64,000 bases of DNA from Brevibacterium luteolum (GCF_013004595.1 NZ_JABEMC010000008.1:1-64000); one strand, 5' to 3'; numbered from the stretch's first letter, positions 50,963 to 62,077 are shown. Notes: generated by a model from the letters alone, not told the origin. Translations and numbers: made by a program.

Positions 50963-52074
50963 GTGCTGCGATCCAGCTCCTCGGCCTCGCGCAGCAGCAG
51001 GAGGTCATAGCCTTCGAAGCGCATCCGACGGTCGAAGTACAGGCCGGTGATGACCCCGGACTGGTAGGCGTAGAGGACCGCGGTCGCCGCCGAGGTGAGC
51101 GCGAGCCCGAGGATCGTGAGGGTGGCGATCACGACGGCGCCGAAGGTCTCGGCGCTGCCGGAGTCGAGGATGGTCAGCGAGATGACGATCGCGGCGATGA
51201 AGAAGATGAGCAGCAGCGGGGAGACGATGATGCTGATGAGCTGCGAGGACAGGTAGCACGACAGCAGCAGGGTGCCGGTGGTGGCCCAAAAGCGGCGGCG
51301 CGTGAGCTGCCAGGAGCGGGCGAAGGCCTGCCGGATCGTCATCCGCTCGACGGCGATCGCGCAGCCGACGAAGGCGGTGCGGACCATGAAGAAGACGGTG
51401 AACACGACCCAGCCGAGCGCCCCGAGGCCGGCGAGCAGGAACCCAATGACGGCCTGTGAGGTGAACACCGCGATGATGACGCCGGGGGCGAGCAGCAGCG
51501 CCAGGGCTGCGAAGTGCGCCCCGCCGAGCAGGGCGGTGGCGGCGATGAGGCGCAGCCGCTGGCCGGCGAGCATCCCCCATGTGCGGCGCAGGGTCGTCGT
51601 CTTCTGCCCGCGCGCATCGACCGCACGCCCACCGGGCGGGGTGAAGAAGGCCTGCCGGGCAGGGATCGAGAGCAGCCCGGAGAGGAAGTGAAGGAAGCAC
51701 AGTGAGAGCAGCGAGACCGCGGAGGCTGCGAACTGCATGAGGAAGGACAGCCCACCGGCGGCATCGGAGCTGGCGAAGACCCCGACGAGATAGCCGAAGC
51801 TCAGCCAGATGAGCCCGGCCACAGCGGCGCTGACGGCCAGCAGGAACAGCGTCAGCACGATCATCGCAGTGCCGACTGAGACCCCGGGGCTGAAGCGCAG
51901 CAGCCGGAACCCGGCATCGAGTGACTCGGCGAAGCGCATCGGCCGCTTCGACAGCACCCCGGGCTTCGGCGCCGGCTGCCAGGCGGGGCGGGTGCGGGTC
52001 TGGCTGCGCGGCTGCCAGCGGCCGGTCGTCCAATCCGTCTGCGCATCCCAGGCGGCGCGGTCGGTGACGAACAA
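50959..52074 (-). CDS. polytopic membrane protein (Rv3689-like); start uncertain (TTG 52074 after AGGAGG, or ATG 52110)
   Basis: PKPGV...RP, LD.GFR, RSWQLTR..FW and YFDRRMRFEGYD motifs. Confidence 0.78.
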   Translation of the reverse strand: MFVTDRAAWDAQTDWTTGRWQPRSQTRTRPAWQPAPKPGVLSKRPMRFAESLDAGFRLLRFSPGVSVGTAMIVLTLFLLAVSAAVAGLIWLSFGYLVGVFASSDAAGGLSFLMQFAASAVSLLSLCFLHFLSGLLSIPARQAFFTPPGGRAVDARGQKTTTLRRTWGMLAGQRLRLIAATALLGGAHFAALALLLAPGVIIAVFTSQAVIGFLLAGLGALGWVVFTVFFMVRTAFVGCAIAVERMTIRQAFARSWQLTRRRFWATTGTLLLSCYLSSQLISIIVSPLLLIFFIAAIVISLTILDSGSAETFGAVVIATLTILGLALTSAATAVLYAYQSGVITGLYFDRRMRFEGYDLLLLREAEELDRST

Positions 52075-52287
52075 CGGCACCTCCTGCCTTGGGGTCAGAT
52101 CACGCCCCATTCTATGCACACGACCCCGGCACGCAGGCGACATTCGGGCACTCACTTGCATCACCGCCTCGGCGCCGGACCAGCAGGCGCGCCACGCGGG
52201 CCCGTCATGCAGACTCACCGTGTGAACCTGCCGACACCTGCCGCCCCCTGCGCTGACTTCTCAGCCGGATAGGTGACAATGGATGCT

Positions 52288-52968
52288 ATGAACGCACGGA
52301 TCCTGGTAATCGACGATGACACCGCGCTGGCGGAGATGATCGGCATTGTGCTCAAGAGCGAGGGCTTCGACCCGCACTTCTGCGCCACCGGCGATGGTGC
52401 GATGGAGGCCTTCCACAGTGTCAGGCCCGACCTCATCCTGCTCGACCTCATGCTGCCCGGCAAGGACGGCCTCGAGGTGTGCCGGGAGATCCGTGAGGAG
52501 TCCGGGGTGCCGATCATCATGCTCACCGCCAAGTCCGACACCGTCGACGTCGTCCTCGGACTCGAATCCGGTGCCGATGACTACGTGCCCAAGCCGTTCA
52601 AGCCCAAGGAGCTCGTCGCGCGCGTGCGCGCCCGCCTGCGGATGTCAGAGCCCTCCGCGCCCGAGGTGCTCAACGTCGGCGACGTCTCGATCGACGTCGC
52701 CGGGCACACCGTGACGAAGGGCGGCAAACCGGTGTCGCTGACCCCGCTGGAGTTCGACCTGCTCGTCGCGCTCGCCCGCAAACCCTGGCAGGTGTTCTCG
52801 CGCGAGACCCTGCTCGAGGAGGTGTGGGGCTATCGGCACGCCGCTGACACCCGGCTCGTCAACGTCCACGTCCAGCGGCTGCGCTCGAAGATCGAGAAGG
52901 ATCCGGAGAAGCCCGACATCGTCGTCACCGTCCGCGGTGTCGGCTACAAGGCGGGCCAGGCTTCGTGA
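52288..52968 (+). CDS. mtrA: OmpR-family response regulator MtrA
   Basis: ILVIDDDTALAEM, LLDLMLPG, WGYRHAADTRLVNVHVQRLRSK; precedes mtrB-lpqB. Confidence 0.97.
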   Translation: MNARILVIDDDTALAEMIGIVLKSEGFDPHFCATGDGAMEAFHSVRPDLILLDLMLPGKDGLEVCREIREESGVPIIMLTAKSDTVDVVLGLESGADDYVPKPFKPKELVARVRARLRMSEPSAPEVLNVGDVSIDVAGHTVTKGGKPVSLTPLEFDLLVALARKPWQVFSRETLLEEVWGYRHAADTRLVNVHVQRLRSKIEKDPEKPDIVVTVRGVGYKAGQAS

Positions 52969-54686
52969 GTCGCTCCGCATCGGCCGTGCGACTGGGCCGG
53001 AGCGCCTGGGGCGGCCTCATGCGGATCTACCGGTTCCTCGCAGCGGCTTTCACCCGCTCGCTGCAGCTGCGCATCGTCGTGCTCACCATCCTGCTCACCA
53101 TCATCGCCGTCTACGGCGTCGGCAGCTTCATGGCCCAGCAGATCTCCCGCGGCCTGTTCGAAGCGAAGCTGTCCTCGGTCTCGACGCAGATGTCCGGCTA
53201 TGCCGGTGAGCTCGAATCGCTGTCCCCAGGTGAGGACGACAGCGCGCTGTCCGAAAGCCTCAACGTCCAGCTGCGCGGGATGCTCTCCCGGTCCCCGACC
53301 CCGCTGCGCTCGATCGCGCTGGAACCGCGGGAGCGCTCCTCCCAGGTCCAGCCGACGACCGCGGTCGTTTCCGGGCGCGAGGCGATCGCTCCCTCGGCGA
53401 TGCCGGATGCGTTCCGCAACGCTGTGTCCCAGGCGCAGGCCGGCGAACAGCTCTACCAGTCCGTCGAACTGCCTGGACCTGGCAGCTCACCGGGTCTCAT
53501 CCTCGCCCAGCAGGTGACCGTGCCCTCTGCCGGCCAGTTCGACCTCTACGTCGTCGCCGACCTGCAGGAGGAGCAGAACACGCTCGACTTCGTCCAGCGG
53601 GTGTTCATCGTCGCCGCCCTCGTGCTCGTGGTGCTCGTCGGCGCGGTCGCCTGGCTCGTCACCCGGCTCGTCGTCGTCCCGGTGCGCACCGGCTCCGAGG
53701 TGGCCCGCAAGCTCTCCGACGGCGACCTCGACCAGCGCATGCCGGTTCAGGGCAACGACGAGATCGCCACCCTGGCGCAGAGCTTCAACGACATGGCCGA
53801 CACGCTGCAGGACCAGATCATCCGCATGGAGCAGCTGACGGTGCTGCAGCGCCAGTTCGTCTCCGACGTGTCCCACGAGCTGCGCACCCCGCTCACCACC
53901 ATCCAGATGGCCTCGGACGTAATCTACGAGTCCCGCGACGAGCTCGACGAATCCCATCGCCGCATCGCCGAGCTGCTCAACTCGCAGGTCGAGCGCTTCG
54001 AGGCGCTGTTGAATGATCTGCTGGAGATCTCCCGCCACGACGCCGGTGCCGCCCAGCTGGTGACGAAGCCAGCCGATGTGTGCGAGGTCGTTTCCGGGGT
54101 CATCGACACGCTGTCGATGGTCGCCGATCACGCCGACACCCGCATCGTGCTGCACGCTCCCTCGGCCCCGGTCATGGCCGAGATCGACCGGGTGCGCATC
54201 AACCGGGTGGTCCGCAACCTCATCGTCAACGCCATCGAGCACGGCGAGCAGCGCCGGATCGACGTGTTCGTCGCCGCCAACGCCGAGGCGGTGGCCGTGA
54301 GCGTGCGCGACCACGGGGTGGGCATGACAGAGGAGCAGGTCGAGCACGTCTTCGACCGGTTCTGGCGGGCCGACCCGTCTCGCCGCCGCACGCTCGGCGG
54401 CTCCGGGCTCGGCCTGGCGATCTCCCTGGAGGACGCCCACCTGCACGGCGGCTGGCTGCAGGCCTGGGGCCGGGCCGGGGAGGGCTCGTGCTTCCGGCTC
54501 ACGATCCCGCGCCGGGAGGGCCAGTCGATCACCACCTCGCCGCTGCCGCTGCCGCCGGCCGATGCACGCGTCGGCGGCACCGCACTCGTGGCAGGACCGG
54601 CCACCTCGGACGGTTCGCTGCGCATCCAGACCGGCAGCATCCCGATCGTCGTCGAGACCCAGGAGGCCAGCGATGAGACCGCGTAG
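52965..54686 (+). CDS. mtrB: sensor histidine kinase MtrB
   Basis: RSLQLR, HAMP domain, FVSDVSHELRTPLT, NAIEHGE and GGSGLGL. Confidence 0.96.
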   Translation: MSRSASAVRLGRSAWGGLMRIYRFLAAAFTRSLQLRIVVLTILLTIIAVYGVGSFMAQQISRGLFEAKLSSVSTQMSGYAGELESLSPGEDDSALSESLNVQLRGMLSRSPTPLRSIALEPRERSSQVQPTTAVVSGREAIAPSAMPDAFRNAVSQAQAGEQLYQSVELPGPGSSPGLILAQQVTVPSAGQFDLYVVADLQEEQNTLDFVQRVFIVAALVLVVLVGAVAWLVTRLVVVPVRTGSEVARKLSDGDLDQRMPVQGNDEIATLAQSFNDMADTLQDQIIRMEQLTVLQRQFVSDVSHELRTPLTTIQMASDVIYESRDELDESHRRIAELLNSQVERFEALLNDLLEISRHDAGAAQLVTKPADVCEVVSGVIDTLSMVADHADTRIVLHAPSAPVMAEIDRVRINRVVRNLIVNAIEHGEQRRIDVFVAANAEAVAVSVRDHGVGMTEEQVEHVFDRFWRADPSRRRTLGGSGLGLAISLEDAHLHGGWLQAWGRAGEGSCFRLTIPRREGQSITTSPLPLPPADARVGGTALVAGPATSDGSLRIQTGSIPIVVETQEASDETA

Positions 54687-56367
54687 CCTGCTCGCCGCCA
54701 TCCTCACAGCCGTGTTCCTCATCTCCGGCTGCGCTTCGATCCCGAAGGACGGATCGGTCGGCCACCGTGACGTCAGGGGCGATGACCCGCACGTCCAGTC
54801 GCGCATTGATCCCGACGGTCCTGTCCCCGGGCAGAGCCCGAACGAGATCGTCCGCGGGTTCCTCGCCGCCGGAGCCGGCTACAGCAACAACTTCGAAGTC
54901 GCCCGCTCCTACCTCACCGACAGCTTCGCCGACGAATGGAACCCGCTGTCCTCGGTCACTGTGCTGCAGCCTGGGCGCACACTGGATTCGGTGACGAGCG
55001 AGGTCACCACCGACTCGCAGTCGGTGTCGCTGACGATCCCGGTCGGCGGTGTGCTCGACGACCGCCGCATCTACCGCGAATCGGCCCGCGGCACCCAGGT
55101 CGATATGGACTTCACGCTGCGGCAGGTCAACGGCGAATGGCGGATCTCGCAGGCCCCGGCGGGCATGGTGCTCACCGCCGTGAACTTCTCGACCCTGTTC
55201 CAGCCCTACCCGCTGTACTTCTACTCACCGGGTTACGAGCTGCTCGTGCCCGACACCCGCTGGTTCATCCGCTCACCGGCGACGGCCAGTGAGATCATGA
55301 CCGAGCTGCTCGGCGGCCCGGCCGACTACCTCACCGGTGCCGTCGTCTCCGCGATCCCCGACGGCACCCAGCTCGACCCGCGCTCCGTTGCCGTCTCCGA
55401 CGGCGTCGCCCGCGTCGAACTGTCTGCGACTGCCTCGGGCCTGGATGAGCGCACCAACGGGCGGATCGCGATGCAGATCCAGACAACGCTCAAAGAAGTC
55501 GGGTCGATCACCGCGGCGCGGGTCTCCGGCACGAGCGGCGAACTCGACTACGGCTCCCTGCCCGATGTGCCCACCACGCTGAACATCTCCGGCAACCCGA
55601 TCGCGATCTCCGACCGGCGGCTCGTGCGCATCCTCGGCACCACCATCGAGCCGATCGACGGGGCCCCGCAGCTCGTCGACGGAGCGGCCCGGCCTGCGAT
55701 CGCCCTCGACGAGTCGATGTACGCCTACATCGCCGACGACGCGCAGGCTGTGCGGCGCCTGTTCGCCGACCGTCTCAACGACGAGGAGGTGCTGCGCGGT
55801 GAGAGCTACGCCAGCCTGTCCTTCGACAAGGAGGGCTGGCTGTGGGCGGCGGAGACGGCCTCCGACGGCAATATCCAGGCCATCAGCCGCAACAGCGACC
55901 TCACCGAGGTGGCGGTCCCGTTCCTGGGCGGCCGCACGGTGACGAGCATCGGCGTCTCACCCGACGGCACCCGCCTGGCAGTGCTCAGCAGCGACGGCGA
56001 CGACACCCGTCTGGAGGTCGTCGGCATCTCCCGGGACTCCCAGGGCGCCCCGACCGGGGTGTCCTCGGCGACGCCCCTGCAGGTGGCGACGGGCTTCTCG
56101 AAGATCACTGACTTCTCCTGGTTCGGCTACGACGCCCTCGTCCTGCTCGGCGCCGAACAGGGCACGAGCGTCGAACCGCTGTCCGTGCCGGTCTCCGGGC
56201 CCTCGACCTCGCTCGGCTCGATCGAGGGCGGCACGCAGATCACCTCCGGTGAGGAACAGCGCTCCGTGCGCGTCGGCACCGCTGACGGCGAGATCTACAG
56301 CTACGGGGCAGGCTCGTGGCAGAAGCTCGTCGACGCCCAGACCTACGACCCGGCAGCGCCGGGCTGA
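54673..56367 (+). CDS. lpqB: lipoprotein LpqB
   Basis: lipobox LISGC; EIVRGFL, GEWRIS, LVPD.RW and VSPDGTR; SD AGGAGG. Confidence 0.93.
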   Translation: MRPRSLLAAILTAVFLISGCASIPKDGSVGHRDVRGDDPHVQSRIDPDGPVPGQSPNEIVRGFLAAGAGYSNNFEVARSYLTDSFADEWNPLSSVTVLQPGRTLDSVTSEVTTDSQSVSLTIPVGGVLDDRRIYRESARGTQVDMDFTLRQVNGEWRISQAPAGMVLTAVNFSTLFQPYPLYFYSPGYELLVPDTRWFIRSPATASEIMTELLGGPADYLTGAVVSAIPDGTQLDPRSVAVSDGVARVELSATASGLDERTNGRIAMQIQTTLKEVGSITAARVSGTSGELDYGSLPDVPTTLNISGNPIAISDRRLVRILGTTIEPIDGAPQLVDGAARPAIALDESMYAYIADDAQAVRRLFADRLNDEEVLRGESYASLSFDKEGWLWAAETASDGNIQAISRNSDLTEVAVPFLGGRTVTSIGVSPDGTRLAVLSSDGDDTRLEVVGISRDSQGAPTGVSSATPLQVATGFSKITDFSWFGYDALVLLGAEQGTSVEPLSVPVSGPSTSLGSIEGGTQITSGEEQRSVRVGTADGEIYSYGAGSWQKLVDAQTYDPAAPG

Positions 56368-56439
56368 CGGCCGCCGACCTGAGGTCACAAACGCCGTCTC
56401 CCCGTTGCCCGCGCCCGAGGCGCCGGGCAGGCTGGGACG

Positions 56440-57180
56440 ATGGGCGCACCTCGGGCACGGGGCCCGGTCACAGCGTGGGCGGCCGCAGCCGCCGATGAGC
56501 TCGCCGAGCTCGTCATCCCGCGCGCCTGCGTGGGCTGCGGGGCCGACACCGTCTCCGTGTGCGGACACTGCCTGACCGGGATGGCCACCGAGACCATCAC
56601 CGCGGTGCCGCGCTACGGCACCGCAGCTGTCACCGCCGCAGGGCCCTACACCGGGGTGCTGCGGGCAGCGCTGGTGGCCTTCAAGGAATCAGGCCGGAAG
56701 GACCTCGCCCCGCTGCTCGGCCTGCAGCTGGCCCGGTCGCTCACCGCCTGCCTGCAGGAGACCCCGGCACCCGGCAGGCTCGTCATCCTCGTCCCGGTCC
56801 CGGCCACACCGCGGGCGCGCCGGGCACGCGACGGCAACCACGTCGCCCAGCTGTGCGCGGCCGCCGCAGATCTGCTGAACACCGACGGGCTGCGGGTGCA
56901 CACCGCCGAGCTGCTGACAGTCAGGCGGCACCGCGACCAGGTCGGCTTCGGCGCCCGCAGCCGGCGCCGCAACGTGCGCGGCTCCCACGCACTCGACACC
57001 CGCCTGACACCTCGGGCCCGGCACGCGCTGTCGGAGGCGACCACGATCCTCATCGACGACATCTGCACCACCGGGGCAACCCTTGCCGAGTCGGCACGCG
57101 CGCTGCGCACCGGCGGCATCCTGCCATGTGGAACAGCTGTGATCGCACTCGCCCCCGGCAGTGGTTCCCTCGAGCGCTGA
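56440..57180 (+). CDS. comF: ComF-family phosphoribosyltransferase-like protein
   Basis: CVGC..CGHC zinc finger, LVPVP, DQVG and LIDDICTTGATL; start uncertain. Confidence 0.88.
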   Translation: MGAPRARGPVTAWAAAAADELAELVIPRACVGCGADTVSVCGHCLTGMATETITAVPRYGTAAVTAAGPYTGVLRAALVAFKESGRKDLAPLLGLQLARSLTACLQETPAPGRLVILVPVPATPRARRARDGNHVAQLCAAAADLLNTDGLRVHTAELLTVRRHRDQVGFGARSRRRNVRGSHALDTRLTPRARHALSEATTILIDDICTTGATLAESARALRTGGILPCGTAVIALAPGSGSLER

Positions 57181-57260
57181 GATGGTATGTAATGGAGTAA
57201 CCCCATCCGATCGGATGGGTACGGAGCGATCCGTCTCCCCGACGTGTAAAGGAAGTCACC

Positions 57261-57950
57261 ATGGACATCGTCGTCAAAGGTCGCCACACGACCATCTCCG
57301 ACAGTTTCCGGTCACATATCGAGGACAAGGTCTCCAAGGTCGAGCAGCTGGCGCCGCGCGCCCTGCGCACCGAGGTCGTCGCCACGCACGACGCGAACAC
57401 CAGCCAGCCCGACACCGCCGAGCGCGTTGAGATCACCGTCATCGCCAAGGGCCCGGTGCTCCGCGCGGAGGCACACGCATCCGACCGCTACGCGGCCCTC
57501 GACCTCGCCTGGGCGAAGCTGCTTGAGCGACTGCGCCGGGCGCGCGATCGCCGCAAGGTCTCCCGCAAGGGCGGACACCGCCAGGCCTCGACCGCCGAGG
57601 CGCTCGCCGAGCTCGAAGTCATCGAGCCGCTGGCGCCGAGCCAGGAGGACGACAGCCAGACCGAGCAGCCCAGCACCGACAAGACCAACGGGCGCATCAA
57701 GTCCGAAGGCGATTCGCCGGTGGTGCTGCGCGAGAAGAACTTCCCCGCCAACCCGATCGGCATCGAGGAGGCCCTCAACCGGATGGAGATGGTCGGCCAC
57801 GACTTCTACATCTTCATCGATGAGGAGACCTCCAAGCCCTCGGTCGTCTACCGCCGCCGCGGCTGGAGCTACGGCGTCATCACCCTCGACGAGTCGCTCA
57901 ACGACACCGCCGAGGCGCCGGCCGAGCAGCCGGCAGCAGCGGAGGGATGA
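57261..57950 (+). CDS. hpf: long ribosome hibernation promoting factor
   Basis: MDIVVKGRH, RVEIT, YAALD, EEAL..MEMVGHDF and VVYRR...YG. Confidence 0.93.
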   Translation: MDIVVKGRHTTISDSFRSHIEDKVSKVEQLAPRALRTEVVATHDANTSQPDTAERVEITVIAKGPVLRAEAHASDRYAALDLAWAKLLERLRRARDRRKVSRKGGHRQASTAEALAELEVIEPLAPSQEDDSQTEQPSTDKTNGRIKSEGDSPVVLREKNFPANPIGIEEALNRMEMVGHDFYIFIDEETSKPSVVYRRRGWSYGVITLDESLNDTAEAPAEQPAAAEG

Positions 57951-57971
57951 TCGAGCAGAGCTGAGACCCCG

Positions 57972-59240
57972 ATGAGGGTTCCGACACTCAGCCCGGAAGC
58001 GGCCAGGCGATGCGCCCTGGCCGCTTCCGGCTTCTCCAAGCCCCGCCCGTTCACCGTCAACGCCGGGCACCTCAGACGCACCTTCGAACGCCTCGGCGTC
58101 GTGCAGATCGACTCGGTCGCGCGGCTCGTGCGCGCCCACTACCTGCCGTTCTTCTCCCGGCTCGGGCCCTATGACACGACCCGGCTCGACCGGCTCTTCA
58201 ACTCCGCTCCGCGGATGGGCGTCGAATACTGGAGCCACGAAGCCGCCTACGCACCGATCGAGATCGTCAACGGCTGGCACCGCAGGCGCGCCGAATGGTT
58301 CCGCCGCGACCTCGGCCAGCGGCACCCGGACACCGGCGCGGACTTCGTCGCACTCATGCACGACGTCGAAGACGCGCTGCAGGCCGGACCGGCGACCGCC
58401 CGGCAGCTGGCTGAGCGCGTCGACCACGCGATCCCCGAACGCCCCAAGGACCACTGGGGGTGGAACCACAGCCACACGAAGCGGGCGGCCGAGGCGCTCT
58501 TCCACGCCGGGCGGATCTCGGCGGCCGGGCGCAACCAGCACTTCGAGCGCCTCTACGCCCTGCCCTCATACGTCGACCCGAGACTGACCCGGCCGCCGCT
58601 GCGCTTCGGCCCCGACGACGACCCCACCCTCGGGCTGCGTCCGGGCACCGGACGGATCCCGCGCGGCATCACCGGCATCAGCGATGACATGCTCACCCCG
58701 ATGCGCACCGCCGCCCGGGCGCTGGGCGTCGGCACGCTCGACTGCTTCGCCGACTACTACCGCGCCGGCCGCGCCGACACGGCCGCCGCGATCGCCGCGC
58801 TGACCGGCGCCGGGGAGCTCATCGAGGTCGAGGTCGCCGGGCAGCGCGCCTACCGCTGGCACAAGGCCCCGGTCCCGAGGCGGGTCGAGGCCTGTGCACT
58901 GCTGGCGCCCTTCGACCCGCTGGTGTTCAACCGCCGGCGGATCAGCTGGCTGTTCGACTTCGACTACCGCATCGAGATCTACACACCTGCCGATAAGCGC
59001 ATCTACGGCTACTACGTGCTGCCGTTCCTGTGCGGCGACCGGCTGGTCGGCCGCGTCGACGTGGCCGCAGACCGGCAGCGCGGCGAGCTCAACGTCCACG
59101 CCGTGCACTGGGAGGACTGGCTTGAGGTGGGCCAGCGTGCTGCGTGCCGGCAGGCGCTGGAGGCCGAACTGGAGCAGATGCGGCACTGGCTGGGCCTCAC
59201 ACGCACGGTGTTCGGCGTCAGCGAACAGGAAAGCGCCTGA
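57972..59240 (+). CDS. YcaQ-like (HTH_42) winged-helix DNA crosslink glycosylase
   Basis: QID (QxD) motif, RAHYLPFFSRLG, EYWSHEA, LLAPFDP and YRIEIYTP..KR.YGYYVLP. Confidence 0.85.
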   Translation: MRVPTLSPEAARRCALAASGFSKPRPFTVNAGHLRRTFERLGVVQIDSVARLVRAHYLPFFSRLGPYDTTRLDRLFNSAPRMGVEYWSHEAAYAPIEIVNGWHRRRAEWFRRDLGQRHPDTGADFVALMHDVEDALQAGPATARQLAERVDHAIPERPKDHWGWNHSHTKRAAEALFHAGRISAAGRNQHFERLYALPSYVDPRLTRPPLRFGPDDDPTLGLRPGTGRIPRGITGISDDMLTPMRTAARALGVGTLDCFADYYRAGRADTAAAIAALTGAGELIEVEVAGQRAYRWHKAPVPRRVEACALLAPFDPLVFNRRRISWLFDFDYRIEIYTPADKRIYGYYVLPFLCGDRLVGRVDVAADRQRGELNVHAVHWEDWLEVGQRAACRQALEAELEQMRHWLGLTRTVFGVSEQESA

Positions 59241-59344
59241 GGTTTGCGCCGCCGTTGAGCTCTCAGGCGCTAAGCTAATGGACGGACGACAGTCAGAAGC
59301 AAGAACCACACCCCCTGCACACCGGGTGGGTGACAAGGAGAATC

Positions 59345-62077
59345 GTGGCCAATTTCCTGGAAAAGCTGCTGCGCACCGGCGAGGGCCGGACGCTGAAGAA
59401 GCTGCGCACCTACGTCACGGCGATCAACAATCTCGAAGACGAGTTCAAGGAGATGACCGACGCCGAGATCCGGGAGGAGACCGACCGCTTCAAGGAGCGG
59501 ATTGCCGATGGCGCCACGCTCGACTCGCTGCTGCCTGAGGCGTTCGCGGCAGTCCGCGAAGCCTCTGTGCGCACCCTGGGCATGCGCCACTTCGATGTCC
59601 AGCTCATGGGCGGCGGCGCCCTGCACCTGGGCAACATCGCTGAGATGAAGACCGGTGAGGGCAAGACGCTTGTCGCCACCGCGCCGGCCTATCTCAATGC
59701 GCTGACCGGCAAGGGCGTCCACGTCGTCACCGTCAACGACTACCTCGCCAGCTACCAGTCCGAGCTCATGGGCCGGGTGTTCCGGTTCCTCGGCATGGAG
59801 ACCGGCTGCATCATGGCGCAGATGTCGAACACCGCCCGCCGTGAGCAGTATGCCGCCGACATCACCTACGGCACGAACAACGAGTTCGGCTTCGACTATC
59901 TGCGCGACAACATGGCCTGGAGTGCTGAGGAGATGGTCCAGCGCGGCCACAACTTCGTCATCGTCGATGAGGTCGACTCGATCCTCATCGATGAGGCGCG
60001 CACCCCGCTCATCATCTCCGGCCCAGCCGAAGGCGATGCTGACCGCTGGTACGGCGAGTTCGCCAATGTCGTCAAGCGGCTCAAGTCTGAGCGCGACTAC
60101 GAGGTCGATGAGAAGAAGCGCACCATCGGCATCCTCGAATCCGGCATCGAGAAGGTCGAGAACTACCTCGGCATCCAGAACCTCTACGACCCGGACAACA
60201 CCCCGCTCATCAGCTTCCTCAACAACGCCATCCGCGCCAAGGAGCTGTTCAAGCGCGACAAGGACTACGTCATCCTCGACGGCGAGATCCTCATCGTCGA
60301 CGAGCACACCGGCCGCATCCTGCGCGGGCGGCGCTACAACGAGGGCCTGCACCAGGCGATCGAGGCCAAGGAGAACGTCGACGTCAAGCCGGAGAACCAG
60401 ACCCTGGCGACGATCACGCTGCAGAACTACTTCCGGCTCTACGACAAGCTCTCCGGCATGACCGGCACCGCCGAGACCGAGGCTGCGGAATTCATGTCGA
60501 CCTACAAGCTCGGCGTCGTCCCGATCCCGACGAACAAGCCGATGCAGCGCGTCGACCAGTCCGACCTCGTCTACAAGACCGTCGAGGCGAAGTTCGATGC
60601 CGTCGTCGACGACATCGTCGAACGGCACGCCGACGGCCAGCCGGTGCTCATCGGCACCACGAGTGTGGAGAAGAGCGAATACCTCTCCAAGCAGCTGTCG
60701 AAGCAGGGTGTGCGCCACGAGGTGCTCAACGCCAAGAACCATGAGCGTGAGGCTGCGATCGTCGCCCTGGCCGGACGCAAGGGTGCGGTCACCGTCGCCA
60801 CCAACATGGCCGGCCGCGGTACCGACATCATGCTCGGCGGCAATGCCGAGCACATCGCCGTTGCCGAGATGGCTGAGAAGGGCCTCGACCCGAAGGAGAA
60901 CGAGGAGGAGTACGAGGCGCTGTGGCCGGAGGTGCTCGCTGCTGCCGAGGAACGCGTCGAGGCCGAGGCCGAGGAGGTCCGGGAGGCCGGTGGCCTCTAC
61001 GTGCTCGGCACCGAACGTCACGAATCGCGCCGCATCGACAACCAGCTGCGCGGCCGCTCCGGCCGTCAGGGCGATCCTGGTGAGTCCCGCTTCTACCTGT
61101 CGCTGCAGGATGACCTCATGCGCCTGTTCGGCTCCGGGGCCGCCGAGCGGATCATGTCGATCGCCGATGTGCCCGACGACGTGCCGCTGGAGTCGAAGAT
61201 GGTTACCCGTGCCATCCTGTCGGCTCAGACGCAGATCGAACAGCGCAACGCCGAACAGCGCAAGAACGTCCTGAAGTACGACGACGTCCTCAACCGCCAG
61301 CGCACCGTCATCTACGGTGAGCGCCGCCGCGTGCTCGATGGCGCGGACCTGGCCGAGCAGGTGCAGCTGTTCCGCGACGACGTCATCGACGCCTATGTCT
61401 CCGGCGCCACGAACGGTCCTCCTGAGAAGTGGGAGATCGACAAGCTCTTCGAGGCCCTTGAAGAGCTCTACGACCCCTCCATCACTCCTGAAGACCTGGC
61501 CGATGACGCCGGCGGCAAGGAGAACCTCACCCGCGAGAAGATGCTCAAGGAGATTCGCGCCGACGCCGACCTCGCTTACGACAACCGCGAGGAGGAGCTC
61601 GGCGAGGAGGCGATGCGCGAGCTCGAGCGCCGCGTCGTGCTCTCGGTCATCGACAAGCGGTGGCGTGAGCACCTCTACGAGATGGACTACCTCAAGAACG
61701 GCATCGGCCTGCGTGCGATGGCCCAGCGCGACCCGCTGGTCGAGTACCAGCGCGAGGGCTTCGAGATGTTCAACACCATGCAGGAGGGCATCAAGGAAGA
61801 CGTTGTCCGCCTGACGAACAAGCTCGAAGTCCAGGTCCGCATCAACCCGGGCGAGGACCCTGAGGATCCCAGCGACGACTTCGTCGAGGTCGAAGCCGAA
61901 GAGCTCAAGCCGAAGAAGCCGAAGATGCAGCTCTCCGCCCCGAGCGAGACCGGCGACGCCCAGGTCATGCGCTCCAACGGCCAGACCAGCGGCGGCTCTG
62001 CCGCCGGATCCGACGAAGACTCCGCACCGGCCCCGGCCAACCGGGCTGAGCGCCGCAAGGCCAAGAAGAAGCGCTGA
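59345..62077 (+). CDS. secA: preprotein translocase ATPase SecA
   Basis: [34 protein letters not shown] and [28 protein letters not shown]. Confidence 0.98.
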   Translation: MANFLEKLLRTGEGRTLKKLRTYVTAINNLEDEFKEMTDAEIREETDRFKERIADGATLDSLLPEAFAAVREASVRTLGMRHFDVQLMGGGALHLGNIAEMKTGEGKTLVATAPAYLNALTGKGVHVVTVNDYLASYQSELMGRVFRFLGMETGCIMAQMSNTARREQYAADITYGTNNEFGFDYLRDNMAWSAEEMVQRGHNFVIVDEVDSILIDEARTPLIISGPAEGDADRWYGEFANVVKRLKSERDYEVDEKKRTIGILESGIEKVENYLGIQNLYDPDNTPLISFLNNAIRAKELFKRDKDYVILDGEILIVDEHTGRILRGRRYNEGLHQAIEAKENVDVKPENQTLATITLQNYFRLYDKLSGMTGTAETEAAEFMSTYKLGVVPIPTNKPMQRVDQSDLVYKTVEAKFDAVVDDIVERHADGQPVLIGTTSVEKSEYLSKQLSKQGVRHEVLNAKNHEREAAIVALAGRKGAVTVATNMAGRGTDIMLGGNAEHIAVAEMAEKGLDPKENEEEYEALWPEVLAAAEERVEAEAEEVREAGGLYVLGTERHESRRIDNQLRGRSGRQGDPGESRFYLSLQDDLMRLFGSGAAERIMSIADVPDDVPLESKMVTRAILSAQTQIEQRNAEQRKNVLKYDDVLNRQRTVIYGERRRVLDGADLAEQVQLFRDDVIDAYVSGATNGPPEKWEIDKLFEALEELYDPSITPEDLADDAGGKENLTREKMLKEIRADADLAYDNREEELGEEAMRELERRVVLSVIDKRWREHLYEMDYLKNGIGLRAMAQRDPLVEYQREGFEMFNTMQEGIKEDVVRLTNKLEVQVRINPGEDPEDPSDDFVEVEAEELKPKKPKMQLSAPSETGDAQVMRSNGQTSGGSAAGSDEDSAPAPANRAERRKAKKKR

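Noticed and set aside
59270..61672. 800-aa antisense ORF over secA (also 25969-27960, 10471-12270, 40388-41623 and similar)
   Set aside because: Shadow frames expected from high-GC codon bias; no motifs or translation signals
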